64,000 nucleotides of DNA from an uncultured Erysipelotrichaceae bacterium (GCA_902798815.1 CADBYH010000004.1:9610-73609), one strand, 5' to 3'. Positions 1-9,047 are shown, counted from the stretch's first letter. Notes: generated by a model from the letters alone, not told the origin. Numbers and translations are program-made.

Positions 1-1
1 A

Positions 2-433
2 AAATATATTTTTGATATAGAAGAGTCAGTAATGGATGATGCAGTTGAATTTATTAAGAACTTTAGAAATATTAAAGCTGAAAATAAGATTACAAAAGAA
101 TTGAAAGTTATGTTTGATACTTCTGATGATAATGATTTAATTGTTAAAATGCTTAAAATAAAAGATAATGTTGTTAAGAAACCATTAGGTATTAAGGCAT
201 ATAAAGTATTCTCTGATAGAGTTAAAGCACGTATATTTTTTGAAAAAATAGAGACTGAGGCAGAAAAAGTATCTAGAGAAGCTCAAATAAAAGTGTTAGA
301 AGCATCAATTGCTAGAAGAGAGAAACTTCTATCTAATGAAAACTATGTTAATAAGGCACCAGCAAATATAGTTGAAAATGATAGAAAGAAGTTAGAAGAA
401 GAAAAGAAGAAATTAGAAGAATTAAAAAAGTAA
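2..433 (+). CDS. valS: valyl-tRNA synthetase, C-terminal fragment (5' end outside window)
   Basis: Frame is open from the window edge. C-terminus KLLSNENYVNKAPANIVENDRKKLEEEKKKLEELKK matches the ValRS C-terminal coiled-coil (KL-N-F/Y-x-x-KAP). Position matches the B. subtilis valS...radC block. Confidence 0.75.
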   Translation, partial: KYIFDIEESVMDDAVEFIKNFRNIKAENKITKELKVMFDTSDDNDLIVKMLKIKDNVVKKPLGIKAYKVFSDRVKARIFFEKIETEAEKVSREAQIKVLEASIARREKLLSNENYVNKAPANIVENDRKKLEEEKKKLEELKK

Positions 434-454
434 TGACTTAGTCATTACTTTTTT
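430..454 (+). terminator. intrinsic terminator after valS
   Basis: GTAATGAC-tta-GTCATTAC hairpin followed by TTTTTT. Confidence 0.7.
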
Positions 455-485
455 GTTATAATACTGAATTAAGTAGGTGATTTAT

Positions 486-1106
486 ATGGAAATTACAAGA
501 AGTATTAATCCATCATTTCAAGGAGATTATATATATTATTTATCTGAAGGAGAGAAGACTTTAAAGTTTCTTTTTGGAGGAAATTTAGATTTATATATAT
601 ATTTATATGATAAATCTTTAAAAGAAATAAGAGAAGGGGATAAATCAGATTTTTTGATTACAAAAGAGCAATATGCAATATATTCTTTATTTGAAGAATT
701 ATATGAAAAAATAAATACTGGAAATGTTTTTTCAGATGACTCAAATATCTTTGAATATACAAATAATTTTAATAATGAGAGAAATTTAAGAACTGCCATT
801 GAAAAGGGTTTGATTAATTACAATGATGAAATAGAATGGTATTGTGATAATTATCCAATGGGAGAAGGAGATTCTTTGAAGATAATTAAAGAAGAAGATC
901 AATTTAGATTGATTTTTGAAAGACATAATGATAAATATGGAGAAGATTTTGGGGATTTATCTATAAGAATATGTAATTCTGGATCTAGATATTTGCCATT
1001 TAATATTTGTTTTATGAATTTATATAATAAATTACAAAAGATAGATCCTGATAATTATCAAATGCATATAGAAGAGTATTTATATAAACAAAAAATAAAA
1101 AAATAG
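486..1106 (+). CDS. hypothetical cytoplasmic protein
   Basis: Long ORF. ATG at 486 is preceded by TAGGTGAT. No motif recognised. Confidence 0.6.
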   Translation: MEITRSINPSFQGDYIYYLSEGEKTLKFLFGGNLDLYIYLYDKSLKEIREGDKSDFLITKEQYAIYSLFEELYEKINTGNVFSDDSNIFEYTNNFNNERNLRTAIEKGLINYNDEIEWYCDNYPMGEGDSLKIIKEEDQFRLIFERHNDKYGEDFGDLSIRICNSGSRYLPFNICFMNLYNKLQKIDPDNYQMHIEEYLYKQKIKK

Positions 1107-1115
1107 ATGTATATA

Positions 1116-1144
1116 TTGACATTATTCTAATAAAGTGATATAAA
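1116..1144 (+). promoter_or_regulatory. sigma-A-type promoter (TTGACA-17 nt-TATAAA with TGn extension)
   Basis: TTGACA at 1116-1121, 17-nt spacer, TGATATAAA at 1136-1144. Confidence 0.55.
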
Positions 1145-1177
1145 TTTTTACATCAATTGTTATAGAGGTGATGTTTT

Positions 1178-1252
1178 ATGGTATGTTGCTGTTTATTAAA
1201 AAAGCTTTTTAATACTGTTTTATGTTGCCTTGTAAAAGACTCAGTTATTTGA
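1178..1252 (+). CDS. 24-codon cysteine-rich leader/small ORF MVCCCLLKKLFNTVLCCLVKDSVI
   Basis: Not in the ORF track (too short). GAGGTG sits 7 nt upstream of the ATG. 5 of 24 codons are Cys (CCC and CC runs). The stop lies inside the loop of the downstream hairpin. Confidence 0.4.
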   Translation: MVCCCLLKKLFNTVLCCLVKDSVI

Positions 1253-1266
1253 TTGTGTCTTTTTTT
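1235..1266 (+). terminator. terminator/attenuator-like hairpin in the leader of the RelA/SpoT-family gene
   Basis: AAAGAC-t-CA ... TG-t-GTCTTT stem followed by TTTTTTgTTTT, directly upstream of the RBS of the downstream gene (AAGGGAGG). Confidence 0.4.
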
Positions 1267-1286
1267 GTTTTAAGGGAGGAATTATT

Positions 1287-2771
1287 ATGATTAGTATTAA
1301 TGATATTGTTAGTGTAGTTGAAAGAAACAATCCTGATGCTGCTGTTGAATCTATATTAAAATCATATGAGTTGGCTAAGTATGCTCATAATGGCGTTTAT
1401 AGAGAGAGTGGAGAACCATATATTGTTCATCCTTTGAATGTTGCTAATAATTTACTAAATATGGAAGTATATGATTGTGATACTATTTGTGCTGCATTAC
1501 TTCATGATACTGTTGAAGATAATGATGAGATTAGTCTTGAATTGATTGCAGAACAAATTAATCCTGTTGTGGCTGAATTGGTTGATGGTGTAACTAAAAT
1601 GAGAAGAATGAATTATTCTTCTAAAAGTGATCAGAATAATGCAAATACTAGAAAGATTATTAATGGCTTAAATAAAGATGTAAGAATTATTTTGATTAAA
1701 TTAGCAGATAGATTACATAATATGCAAACTTTACAATTTAAGAAACCAGAGAAACAAAGAGAAAATTCAACTGAAACAATGGAATTATTTGTTCCTTTAG
1801 CTTTATCAATTGGTGCTTATAGAATAAAAGGACAATTAGAAGATTTATCTTTAATGTATATAGAACCTGATGTTTATAAAAGAATAGTAGAAAAAAGAGA
1901 TTTACTTGCTCAAACTGAGAAGGAATATCTTAATGAGATAAAATATAAAATAGAATGTATTTTAAAGGAAAAAGATATTCCTAATGATATTATTATCAGA
2001 ACTAAAAATGTATGTACTATTTATAAAAAAATAATGAAGGGATATATAATGGAGAATATCTATGATTTATTTTATTTGAAGATATTAGTAGACGAAATTG
2101 ATGATTGTTATAGAACACTTTCATATGTTCATAGAAATAATCCTCCTATTAATGGTAGATTCAAAGATTATATATATAATCCTAGAACTAATCATTATCA
2201 ATCACTTCATACAACAGTTTCTGGTGATGGTGGAAAGTTAATAAAAACTAAGATAAGAACTTTTGATATGGATAAAGTTGCAGCATTTGGTATTTCTGCT
2301 TATTGGAATATTAATCCTAATAAACCTGCAGGAGAGGAACCTTTAAGAAGGAATTTTGATGAAACACAGAATCATATCAGAGAAAAATTGCAATTTGCGG
2401 TAAAATTGCAAGAAATTGATTCTGTATCCACTGATGATTCAAGATTTATTGAGGTTATTAAGCATGATTTATTATCTGAACACGTATATGTTTATAAGCA
2501 TACTGGTGAAGTAATTGAATTACCACAAGGGTCAACTGCTTTGGACTTTGTATGTCAAGTTTATCCAGAAATGCTTGATAAAATGACAGGAGTTATTGTT
2601 AATGGAAAACAATCTTCTGTTCATAGAGAATTGAAAAATAATGATAGAGTTCAAATATCTACTGATGGATTAGTTGATCATAAAGGTTGGGAAAATGCTG
2701 TAACAACTTTCGGAGGTAGAGCAAAAATATATACACTTATTAATAGACAAAAATCAAATCAGGTTTTATAA
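1287..2771 (+). CDS. rel: RelA/SpoT-homolog (RSH) protein, short form: HD hydrolase + SYNTH-like + TGS domains
   Basis: HD motif HPLNVA...LLHDTVED. SYNTH motifs RTKNVCTIYKKI and NHYQSLHTTV. TGS region VYVYKHTGEVIELPQGSTALDF...VNGKQSSVHRELKNNDRVQI. Only 494 aa. Confidence 0.8.
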   Translation: MISINDIVSVVERNNPDAAVESILKSYELAKYAHNGVYRESGEPYIVHPLNVANNLLNMEVYDCDTICAALLHDTVEDNDEISLELIAEQINPVVAELVDGVTKMRRMNYSSKSDQNNANTRKIINGLNKDVRIILIKLADRLHNMQTLQFKKPEKQRENSTETMELFVPLALSIGAYRIKGQLEDLSLMYIEPDVYKRIVEKRDLLAQTEKEYLNEIKYKIECILKEKDIPNDIIIRTKNVCTIYKKIMKGYIMENIYDLFYLKILVDEIDDCYRTLSYVHRNNPPINGRFKDYIYNPRTNHYQSLHTTVSGDGGKLIKTKIRTFDMDKVAAFGISAYWNINPNKPAGEEPLRRNFDETQNHIREKLQFAVKLQEIDSVSTDDSRFIEVIKHDLLSEHVYVYKHTGEVIELPQGSTALDFVCQVYPEMLDKMTGVIVNGKQSSVHRELKNNDRVQISTDGLVDHKGWENAVTTFGGRAKIYTLINRQKSNQVL

Positions 2772-2796
2772 TAATATATATAATAGGAGGGGTAAA

Positions 2797-4986
2797 ATGA
2801 CTAAAGAAAAGAACATGTTGAAGATAGCCAGTTTTATTAATTGTATTATTGGTATTTTATTCTTAAAATATTCATTTTTTGGTATTTTATTGTTAATAAC
2901 AGGTATTATATTATTTGTTTTATCAAAATCTGATGATAAAGATTTTTTAGAGGCAAAAACAGCTATATTAGTTATGGGGATTATTTGTATTCCACTTAAT
3001 TTAATTGCTTCTATAATTTTATTCATTGTATTTGATAATTTAAATAATAAGGTTAAATTAAGTAAAGAAAATGGACCTCCAAATGTTATTTACAAAGTGG
3101 ATAATGAAAATAAAAAAATAGATTTATTATTAAAACTAGGTGTTGGAATGGTATTTATTTCAGGAATATTATTTGCTACAACATCATGGGATTTTATAAA
3201 TGATTTTATCAAGGCTTTTGTATTGATTGTTATGGGTATTGCTTTTATGGTTTTATCTATATTTACTGAGACAAAACTTAAGTTATATAAAAGTGCTTAT
3301 ATGTATTGGATTTTAAGCGCATTATTCTTTTTATTAACTATAGTTGGAATATTGTATTTTGGAATATTTGGAGATTATTTAACTTATTCCGGTATGGGTA
3401 AATATTTAGCATATTTTATAACTTATATGACGGCATCAGGATTAGTTATGTCAACATATTTAAAATATCCTAAAAAATATTTGATGTATTTTGTGTATGT
3501 TGGACTGACAATTGCTATTTATAATTTATTGCTATTTTTTGAACTTGATTATATAACTGTAATTAGTATAATTAGTGCATTAGTATTTGGAATAAATGTT
3601 ATTGCAAAAGAAGATAGTTTATTATTCAATTATAGTAAAGGTTTATCTTTAGTATTATTTGCTTTTATTATTATAAATGCAGGTTCTGCTGTAGAATTAC
3701 CAATGTTTGCTGCTTGTATTATAAATATAATTAATCTTAATTATTTATTAATTACAAAATCTAATTTTGAAAAAATAATTGCAATTATTATTACGTATAT
3801 TTTGATTTTTGTTGGTATTGTTCCATTATCTTTCTTTGGAGATAATGATGTTGTAGTAGTATCATTATTAGCATCTTTATATACTTTATTCATTAATTGT
3901 AAGTTTATCAATATGGATACTTTTGAAAAAGATTTTAATTATATTATATATTCAGTAGTTACAATTATTTCTTTCATAGTATCTTGTTACTATAATAATG
4001 TATTTACTGTTATTATTTCAATTATATTTATAATTGTAAATGAGTTAGCAAGATATGGTTTATTTAACACAGAGCAAATAAAGGCATCAAGTGTTTTTGA
4101 ACCATTATCAATATTATTATTAATATGTAGTATTCAGATAAATGCTATTGATCATGTTAATTTTATTTATGCTCTTGCTATATCTTCTATGATATACTGT
4201 GCTATGAATTATTTCTATGACGAGGATTTTGATAAAAAAGTGTATTTTGTATATGCTGTTGTTGCAATTATAATTTCAGTTCTATTTATATATAAAATGG
4301 ATTATGTTTATGCGTCTATGTTTGCTATTTGTTCATCATTATATTTATTTAGTAAAATGTATTTAAAACCAAAGAATGTATTCTTATTAATTATTTCATA
4401 TTTATTACTATTAAGTAGTATATATTTCCCTTTTATTCTTAGAAATATTATGGATTTAAATATTTTATATATGGGTACAGGATTTATAGTTTTAATTGCT
4501 TTAATAATTACTATATTAAAGAATGATGCGGTTAGTAAAATATCATATTTCTATATAGTATTACCTTTATTGACAATTATTTCATCTCAGACAATGTCTT
4601 CTGAAATAATGAGAATATTAATTTCTAGTTTGATTTTATATGTAGTATTCTTAATTGTTAAGTTCTTTGCTAAAGGTCCGGTTGCAAAAAACACAGTTGG
4701 AATCATAGGTGTAACTTTTGCGCTTTTTGATATATTCTTTTCGGGTACAGTTGTTACAGGTATATTTGTTGGTGTAGTAGGATTGTTAGTAATAATTATA
4801 GGATATAGGCATGATGAATTATCATTATTATTTAAATATGGTATTGGATTAACTATTGTAAATATTATTTATCAATTGAGAGATTTATGGTCAGTTATTC
4901 CTTTCTGGTTATATTTATTGGTAGGTGGATTATCAATTATAGGATTTGTAACTTATAAGGAAGTAAAAAAACAAAATAATAAATAA
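2797..4986 (+). CDS. large polytopic membrane protein, function unknown
   Basis: 729-aa ORF with AGGAGGGG RBS and many hydrophobic segments throughout. Confidence 0.7.
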   Translation: MTKEKNMLKIASFINCIIGILFLKYSFFGILLLITGIILFVLSKSDDKDFLEAKTAILVMGIICIPLNLIASIILFIVFDNLNNKVKLSKENGPPNVIYKVDNENKKIDLLLKLGVGMVFISGILFATTSWDFINDFIKAFVLIVMGIAFMVLSIFTETKLKLYKSAYMYWILSALFFLLTIVGILYFGIFGDYLTYSGMGKYLAYFITYMTASGLVMSTYLKYPKKYLMYFVYVGLTIAIYNLLLFFELDYITVISIISALVFGINVIAKEDSLLFNYSKGLSLVLFAFIIINAGSAVELPMFAACIINIINLNYLLITKSNFEKIIAIIITYILIFVGIVPLSFFGDNDVVVVSLLASLYTLFINCKFINMDTFEKDFNYIIYSVVTIISFIVSCYYNNVFTVIISIIFIIVNELARYGLFNTEQIKASSVFEPLSILLLICSIQINAIDHVNFIYALAISSMIYCAMNYFYDEDFDKKVYFVYAVVAIIISVLFIYKMDYVYASMFAICSSLYLFSKMYLKPKNVFLLIISYLLLLSSIYFPFILRNIMDLNILYMGTGFIVLIALIITILKNDAVSKISYFYIVLPLLTIISSQTMSSEIMRILISSLILYVVFLIVKFFAKGPVAKNTVGIIGVTFALFDIFFSGTVVTGIFVGVVGLLVIIIGYRHDELSLLFKYGIGLTIVNIIYQLRDLWSVIPFWLYLLVGGLSIIGFVTYKEVKKQNNK

Positions 4987-5012
4987 CTATGAATAATTCA
5001 TAGTTTTTTTTT
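4986..5012 (+). terminator. intrinsic terminator
   Basis: ACTATGAA-taa-TTCATAGT followed by a T-run. Confidence 0.7.
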
Positions 5013-5059
5013 CGACAAATACAATCACTATTCTTTGATATATTTTTGCTGGTGAATGT

Positions 5060-5518
5060 ATGAAAAGATTATTATTAAATGGTTTTATATGTGTTCTTAT
5101 AGGATATTTTATAGGTAGGTTTATTTTTACTAATAAATTTGTTTTTTTTGAAAAAAATGAAGATGATATATATTTCTTTTTACAAGAAGGGGAGTATTAT
5201 GATAATTCTTTTTTAGAAAACAATTTTAATGGTATAAAGGTCAAAGATAATAAAGCAGATAAAGATAAAATATATGTATATGTAGGTATTACTAGAGATT
5301 TAGAAGTTGCGGAAAGATTGATTAATATTTATGAGAATAATAATATTAAGATTAGTATTAAGAAAAAAGTTGTATTAAATGAAGAATTTAAAAATAATGT
5401 TGAACAATTTGATTTGCTTATTAATTCTTCTAATGATAAAGACGAAATAATTAAAATAGAAGAAGTAGTTATGGCAAATTATGAAGAAATTATTAAATGT
5501 GATGATAATCATTTTTGA
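5060..5518 (+). CDS. hypothetical N-terminally membrane-anchored protein
   Basis: ORF with one N-terminal hydrophobic helix. It occupies the slot upstream of radC. Confidence 0.55.
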   Translation: MKRLLLNGFICVLIGYFIGRFIFTNKFVFFEKNEDDIYFFLQEGEYYDNSFLENNFNGIKVKDNKADKDKIYVYVGITRDLEVAERLINIYENNNIKISIKKKVVLNEEFKNNVEQFDLLINSSNDKDEIIKIEEVVMANYEEIIKCDDNHF

Positions 5519-5546
5519 TTTTTATAATTATATTATAGAGGTGTAT

Positions 5547-6248
5547 ATGAGTAATTATAAAATAAAAGATATTCCATCTTTTGAACGACCAAGAGAAAGA
5601 CTAATCAATGTTGGTGTTGAAAATTTGTCTAATAGAGAGTTGCTTTCAATTATTTTAAAAACAGGATTAAAAAATAAAAATGTTAGTGATTTATCTATTG
5701 AATTACTTAATAAATATAGTTTAAGTGATTTAAAGGAAATAACTATTAATGATCTAATGTCAATAAATGGCATTGGACTTGTTAAAGCAATTGAGGTTAT
5801 TGCATCAATTGAATTTGGTAAGAGAATAGCTTTAACTACTGCTAATAATAATGGTATTAAATTAGATAATCCTAAAAAAATATGGGAAGATTCTAGATAT
5901 TTATTTAATGGTAAAAAACAGGAATATTTTTATTGTTATTATTTTAATAATAAACAGGAGGTAATAGAGAGAAAATTATTGTATTTAGGAACTGTTAATT
6001 CATCTGTTACACATACTAGAGAAATATTTAAAGAAGCATATAAGTTAAGTGCAACAAGTATAATTTGTTTACATAATCATCCGTCAGGAGATGTTGCACC
6101 TTCAAAAGCAGATATTATGTTTACAAATAACTTAGTTAATACAGGTAATATACAAGGAATACCTATTGTTGATCATATTATTGTTAGTGATAGTAATTTC
6201 TATAGTTTTTTTGAGCATAATATAATTGAAGATAAAAAAAATATATAA
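5547..6248 (+). CDS. radC: RadC-family JAB/MPN-domain protein
   Basis: N-terminus IKDIPSFERPRERL...LSNRELLSIILKTG and JAMM-like HNHPSGDVAPSKADI. ATG 5547 follows GAGGTG. The track ORF start at 5481 overlaps the previous gene. Confidence 0.85.
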   Translation: MSNYKIKDIPSFERPRERLINVGVENLSNRELLSIILKTGLKNKNVSDLSIELLNKYSLSDLKEITINDLMSINGIGLVKAIEVIASIEFGKRIALTTANNNGIKLDNPKKIWEDSRYLFNGKKQEYFYCYYFNNKQEVIERKLLYLGTVNSSVTHTREIFKEAYKLSATSIICLHNHPSGDVAPSKADIMFTNNLVNTGNIQGIPIVDHIIVSDSNFYSFFEHNIIEDKKNI

Positions 6249-6273
6249 TATAATAAATAAGTGGGATGGTTAT

Positions 6274-7056
6274 ATGAAAAAGAAAAAGAAAAATAATAAG
6301 AAAAAATTAATTACTATTATTTCAATTATAGTAATATCTATTGGATTAATATCTGTATCATTACTATTACATTTTAATAATACTTTTCTTAAGGATACTG
6401 CTATGATAATTGAGAAAATTATTATGTATCCTTTTACTGCATTAAATAAAGAAAAAAATGAATCTCAAAGTGAAAGTTATTTGATTCAAAAAAATATTAA
6501 TTCTTCCCTTGAAAGAGAAATTCAAGAGTTAAAGGATGCTTTAGAGTTAAATAAGACATTAACTGAATATGATCCTGTTAATTCTACTATTTTATCTAGA
6601 AATAAAAGTTATTGGTTTAATACAATTACTATTGATAAAGGTAAGAGTTCTGGAATAAAGAAAAATATGGCAGTTATTACTAAAAATGGTTTGTTGGGTA
6701 GAATATCAAATGTATCTAGAAATTCAAGTGAGGTTAAATTAATAACTTCTGATGATGTTAATTTTAAAGTAGGTATTGTCATAAAAACTAATGATGTGGA
6801 TAATTATGCAATTTTAAATGGTTATGATAAAAAGAAAAATTTAATTACAGTTACTGGTATTGATAAAACTACAAATATAAATATAGGAGATGCTGTACTA
6901 ACTAGTGGTTTGGGAGAAATGTTTCCAGCAGGTATATATATTGGTGAAGTACAAGAAATACAAAATGATAAATACAATTTGAGTAAGATAGTTAAGATAA
7001 AAACAAAACAAGATTTTAATGATATTCATTATGTTACTGTATTGAAGGTGAAATAA
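6274..7056 (+). CDS. mreC: rod shape-determining protein MreC
   Basis: N-terminal TM, a coiled-coil segment and a beta-rich C-terminus (GLLGRISNVSRNSSEVKLITS...GEMFPAGIYIGEV). Synteny radC-mreC-mreD. Start uncertain (6226 or 6274). Confidence 0.75.
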   Translation: MKKKKKNNKKKLITIISIIVISIGLISVSLLLHFNNTFLKDTAMIIEKIIMYPFTALNKEKNESQSESYLIQKNINSSLEREIQELKDALELNKTLTEYDPVNSTILSRNKSYWFNTITIDKGKSSGIKKNMAVITKNGLLGRISNVSRNSSEVKLITSDDVNFKVGIVIKTNDVDNYAILNGYDKKKNLITVTGIDKTTNINIGDAVLTSGLGEMFPAGIYIGEVQEIQNDKYNLSKIVKIKTKQDFNDIHYVTVLKVK

Positions 7057-7562
7057 TGATACCAATTATAATAATAGTCATATCTTTGTTGTTTGATGGA
7101 TTGCTTACAAATTATTTGCCATATTTGGTTAATGATTTATCTTACTTCACTCCTTTATTTACAGTTGTTTCTATATTTATAATATATCCATTTTATAGAA
7201 AGAATAATAAAAAATATTTTATAACAGTTTTTTTGTTAGGATTTATATATGATTTATTTTATACTAACTTATTATTTTACAATGCAGTAATATTTTTAAT
7301 AATAGGAATTATTTCTCGTTTTATTAATAAAAATTTTGAAACAAGTTTTTTAAAATTAATAATTTATACGGTAATTATTGTTGTGTTATATGAAAGTATT
7401 TCAGCTGGAATATTATTTGTATTTAATATTGTACCAATTTCATTTGATAAATTATTTTATAAAATAAGTCATTCACTTTTATTAAATATTATTTATATGG
7501 AGACTATATATATAGTTATAAAAATAATTCCAAAAAAATATAAAGAAATAAGTATAAATTAG
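7056..7562 (+). CDS. mreD: rod shape-determining protein MreD (small polytopic membrane protein)
   Basis: Start overlaps the mreC stop (TAATG). 168 aa, multi-TM. Call is by position. Confidence 0.6.
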   Translation: MIPIIIIVISLLFDGLLTNYLPYLVNDLSYFTPLFTVVSIFIIYPFYRKNNKKYFITVFLLGFIYDLFYTNLLFYNAVIFLIIGIISRFINKNFETSFLKLIIYTVIIVVLYESISAGILFVFNIVPISFDKLFYKISHSLLLNIIYMETIYIVIKIIPKKYKEISIN

Positions 7563-7605
7563 TATACTTATTTTTTTTATGCATATATTTTATTGGTGAT
7601 GATAT

Positions 7606-8142
7606 ATGGTAAGAGAAAAACTAGTGTTGAAGAAAAAAATAAAAATGATGATTAAAAAGATGATGTATACAATTATAATTTTTTTACTTGGTATGATTGC
7701 GGTGAAAGAAAAACCTGAATTAAAAGATAGTATTAATAATTTTGTTTATAAAGATAGTCCTAATTATTTATATGTAAGAAAAATATATAATAAATATTTT
7801 GGTAAGTTTACTTTTGATAAGAAAGAGACACAAGCAGTTTTTTCTGAGAAAATAAAGTATAGCAAAAAAGATAATTACAAAAATGGTGTTATGCTTAGTG
7901 TTGATAGTAATTATATGGTTCCAGTAATTGAAAGTGGAATAATTATATATCTTGAAAATAATAAAGTTATAATATCTCAAGTAAATGGTATTAATACTGA
8001 GTACTCTAATATTAATGCTTCTAATTATAAATTGTATGATTATGTAGAAAAGGGAAAACTATTGGGAGAAGTTGATGGAAATAAATTGTATTTATCTTTT
8101 GAAAAAGAAGGGAAGTATTTAGATTATAAAAAGTATATTTAA
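7606..8142 (+). CDS. membrane-anchored degenerate LytM/M23-like protein (SpoIVFA-like by position)
   Basis: N-terminal TM. C-terminal pattern GVMLSV...VPVIESGIIIY...GKLLGEVDGNKLYLSFEKEG resembles a LytM fold but lacks the metal-binding His residues. It lies immediately upstream of the M50 protease. Confidence 0.5.
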   Translation: MVREKLVLKKKIKMMIKKMMYTIIIFLLGMIAVKEKPELKDSINNFVYKDSPNYLYVRKIYNKYFGKFTFDKKETQAVFSEKIKYSKKDNYKNGVMLSVDSNYMVPVIESGIIIYLENNKVIISQVNGINTEYSNINASNYKLYDYVEKGKLLGEVDGNKLYLSFEKEGKYLDYKKYI

Positions 8143-8143
8143 G

Positions 8144-8860
8144 ATTAATCCTTTAGTATATTTATTTCTAATTATTTCTATTGTAACTGCTACCTATAAA
8201 TACTTTATAATAATAAGTCTTTTAATTGTTATTCATGAATTGGGTCACTTTGTAATGGCTAAGTTATTAAATGTGGAAACTGATGCAATATATATTTATC
8301 CATTAGGTGGTATTTCTAAGTTTAATATGCCTTTAAATATAAATATTTATAAAGAATTTTTAATACTTATTATGGGACCTGTATTTCAAAATATTGCATT
8401 TATGATTTTAATAATTATATTTAATGATTATGATTTAATATTAAAATTACATTTGGGTATTTTAATATTTAATTTATTACCAATTTATCCTTTAGATGGA
8501 GGGAAGGTATTAAATATTATATTTACGTGTTTTTTTCAATATAAATTATCTTATAAAATAGGTATTTTTATTAGTTATTTAGTTACTATTGTTATTTTGT
8601 TTAGTAATAAATATTTGTCTATAAATATGTTATTAACATATGTGTTTTTAATTGTAATTATAAGAAGAGAAGATTGTAAAATAAATATTAAATATAACAA
8701 ATTTTTAGTTGAAAGATATTTAAATAATTATAAATTTAAAAAAAGTAAGATTGTTAATAATGATAATAATTTTTATAGACTTAAAAGTAATATTGTTAAG
8801 GATGGAGGAAGGTATTATTCAGAAAAGGAATATTTGGATAAAAAATATCATGTTTTTTAG
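8144..8860 (+). CDS. spoIVFB: M50 site-2 metalloprotease (SpoIVFB-like)
   Basis: HELGH at 8234-8248 and NLLPIYPLDGG later in the protein. The frame is open from 8123, but the first canonical start (TTG 8240) lies inside the HELGH motif, so the true start is non-canonical or unknown. Confidence 0.7.
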   Translation: MNPLVYLFLIISIVTATYKYFIIISLLIVIHELGHFVMAKLLNVETDAIYIYPLGGISKFNMPLNINIYKEFLILIMGPVFQNIAFMILIIIFNDYDLILKLHLGILIFNLLPIYPLDGGKVLNIIFTCFFQYKLSYKIGIFISYLVTIVILFSNKYLSINMLLTYVFLIVIIRREDCKINIKYNKFLVERYLNNYKFKKSKIVNNDNNFYRLKSNIVKDGGRYYSEKEYLDKKYHVF

Positions 8861-8869
8861 TAAAAAATA

Positions 8870-8898
8870 TTGACATAAAAAATTGCTTTTGCTATAAT
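8870..8898 (+). promoter_or_regulatory. consensus sigma-A promoter for tRNA-Ala
   Basis: TTGACA-17 nt-TATAAT, about 36 nt upstream of the tRNA 5' end. Confidence 0.7.
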
Positions 8899-8934
8899 TC
8901 AATTACTGACGTGTGATAATACGTTATTTATTAT

Positions 8935-9010
8935 GGGGCATTAGCTCAGCTGGGAGAGCGCCACGTTTGCACCGTGGAGGTCAGCGGTTCGATCCCGCTA
9001 TGCTCCACCA
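8935..9010 (+). tRNA. tRNA-Ala(UGC): tRNA-Ala (anticodon UGC), CCA encoded
   Basis: 76-nt cloverleaf. Acceptor GGGGCAT/ATGCTCC with the G3:U70 identity pair, anticodon loop TTTGCAC, T-arm GGTTCGATCC, 3' CCA. Confidence 0.95.
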
Positions 9011-9021
9011 TATTGAATTTA

Positions 9022-9047
9022 AAAGATCTTTTATAAAGATCTTTTTT
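9022..9047 (+). terminator. intrinsic terminator after tRNA-Ala
   Basis: AAAGATCTTT-tat-AAAGATCTTT hairpin running into a T-run. Confidence 0.7.

Noticed and set aside
5481-5546. Upstream-extended starts offered by the ORF track: radC at 5481, mreC at 6226, ybeY at 15008, the exported protein at 27835, rimP at 33463, infB at 35219 and rbfA at 37376
   Set aside because: The extensions overlap the preceding gene or terminator and add non-conserved residues. In most cases, internal ATG codons preceded by GGAGG/GGTGA-type RBS sequences give N-termini typical of the families.
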